This document shows positions 63,715 through 64,000 of a DNA stretch of 64,000 nt, piece by piece; within the stretch, counting starts at the first letter, position 1, and every line of letters starts with the position of its first letter. Source of the DNA: Hydrurus foetidus (Eukaryota). The translations under genes and the position numbers were made by a program. The notes beneath the pieces are model-generated. The model saw only the letters and a list, made by a program, of their open reading frames with translations. It made no database searches and was not told the origin of the DNA. The DNA lies in NCBI GenBank assembly GCA_900617105.1, contig UYFQ01000311.1, forward strand, positions 1 through 64,000. Direction: 5' to 3'.

Positions 63715-63889
63715 GTATTTAAAATATGTAAAGTATTTCAAATATTTAAAATGCTTTTAATTATACCGTATTACGGCCACGGCTAGAAGTCAAAAGGGAT
63801 GATTTTGGCGTGACTCGTAATGTTTATTCTTGATTTTATTTCCTCTTTTGGCGTCGCTCTTTATCCTCTACTATTCTTTTTTCTTCCAT

Positions 63890-63893
63890 TCCT

Positions 63894-63949
<56 letters not shown>

Positions 63950-64000
63950 ATTTTCTTTCTTATTTTCTTTCTTATTTTCTTTCTTTCTTTCTTTCTTTCT
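63890..64000. repeat. (TTTC)n microsatellite
   Basis: Direct inspection. Confidence 0.9.

Overview
Eukaryotic nuclear DNA: AT-rich host genes with many GT-AG introns. A stramenopile/ochrophyte-like source is my inference, from the diatom-type Copia and the gene architectures. Bases 1-~16.6 kb are a retrotransposon nest: a decayed, GC-rich tyrosine-recombinase (DIRS/Ngaro-like) retroelement into which two related chromodomain Ty3/Gypsy elements have inserted (one complete, 7241-14986; one running off the window). Both Gypsy copies show gag-UAG-pol in frame with a conserved, covarying 3' hairpin (readthrough candidate), a 12-bp palindrome in place of a tRNA primer-binding site (PBS) and a CCCH finger in Gag. 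The complete copy also shows an RT catalytic motif IFDN instead of YxDD, apparent TG..TA ends with a 4-bp target-site duplication (TSD), and an antisense cargo ORF resembling a papain-fold Cys-His-Asp peptidase behind a 42-bp tandem array. A young Copia (28958-34572) has a PBS-position 10-mer complementary to its own LTR (Tf1-like self-priming candidate). Host genes: 7TM TOM1/GPR137-like protein, SR splicing factor, small conserved protein, FAIM-like/PX/PDZ protein, intronless F-box/LRR protein, a seryl-tRNA synthetase with appended WHEP and EF1B-like GST domains, and a coiled-coil protein. Several MITEs and a tRNA-derived SINE are also present. All domain calls are by-eye motif recognition, not database searches.
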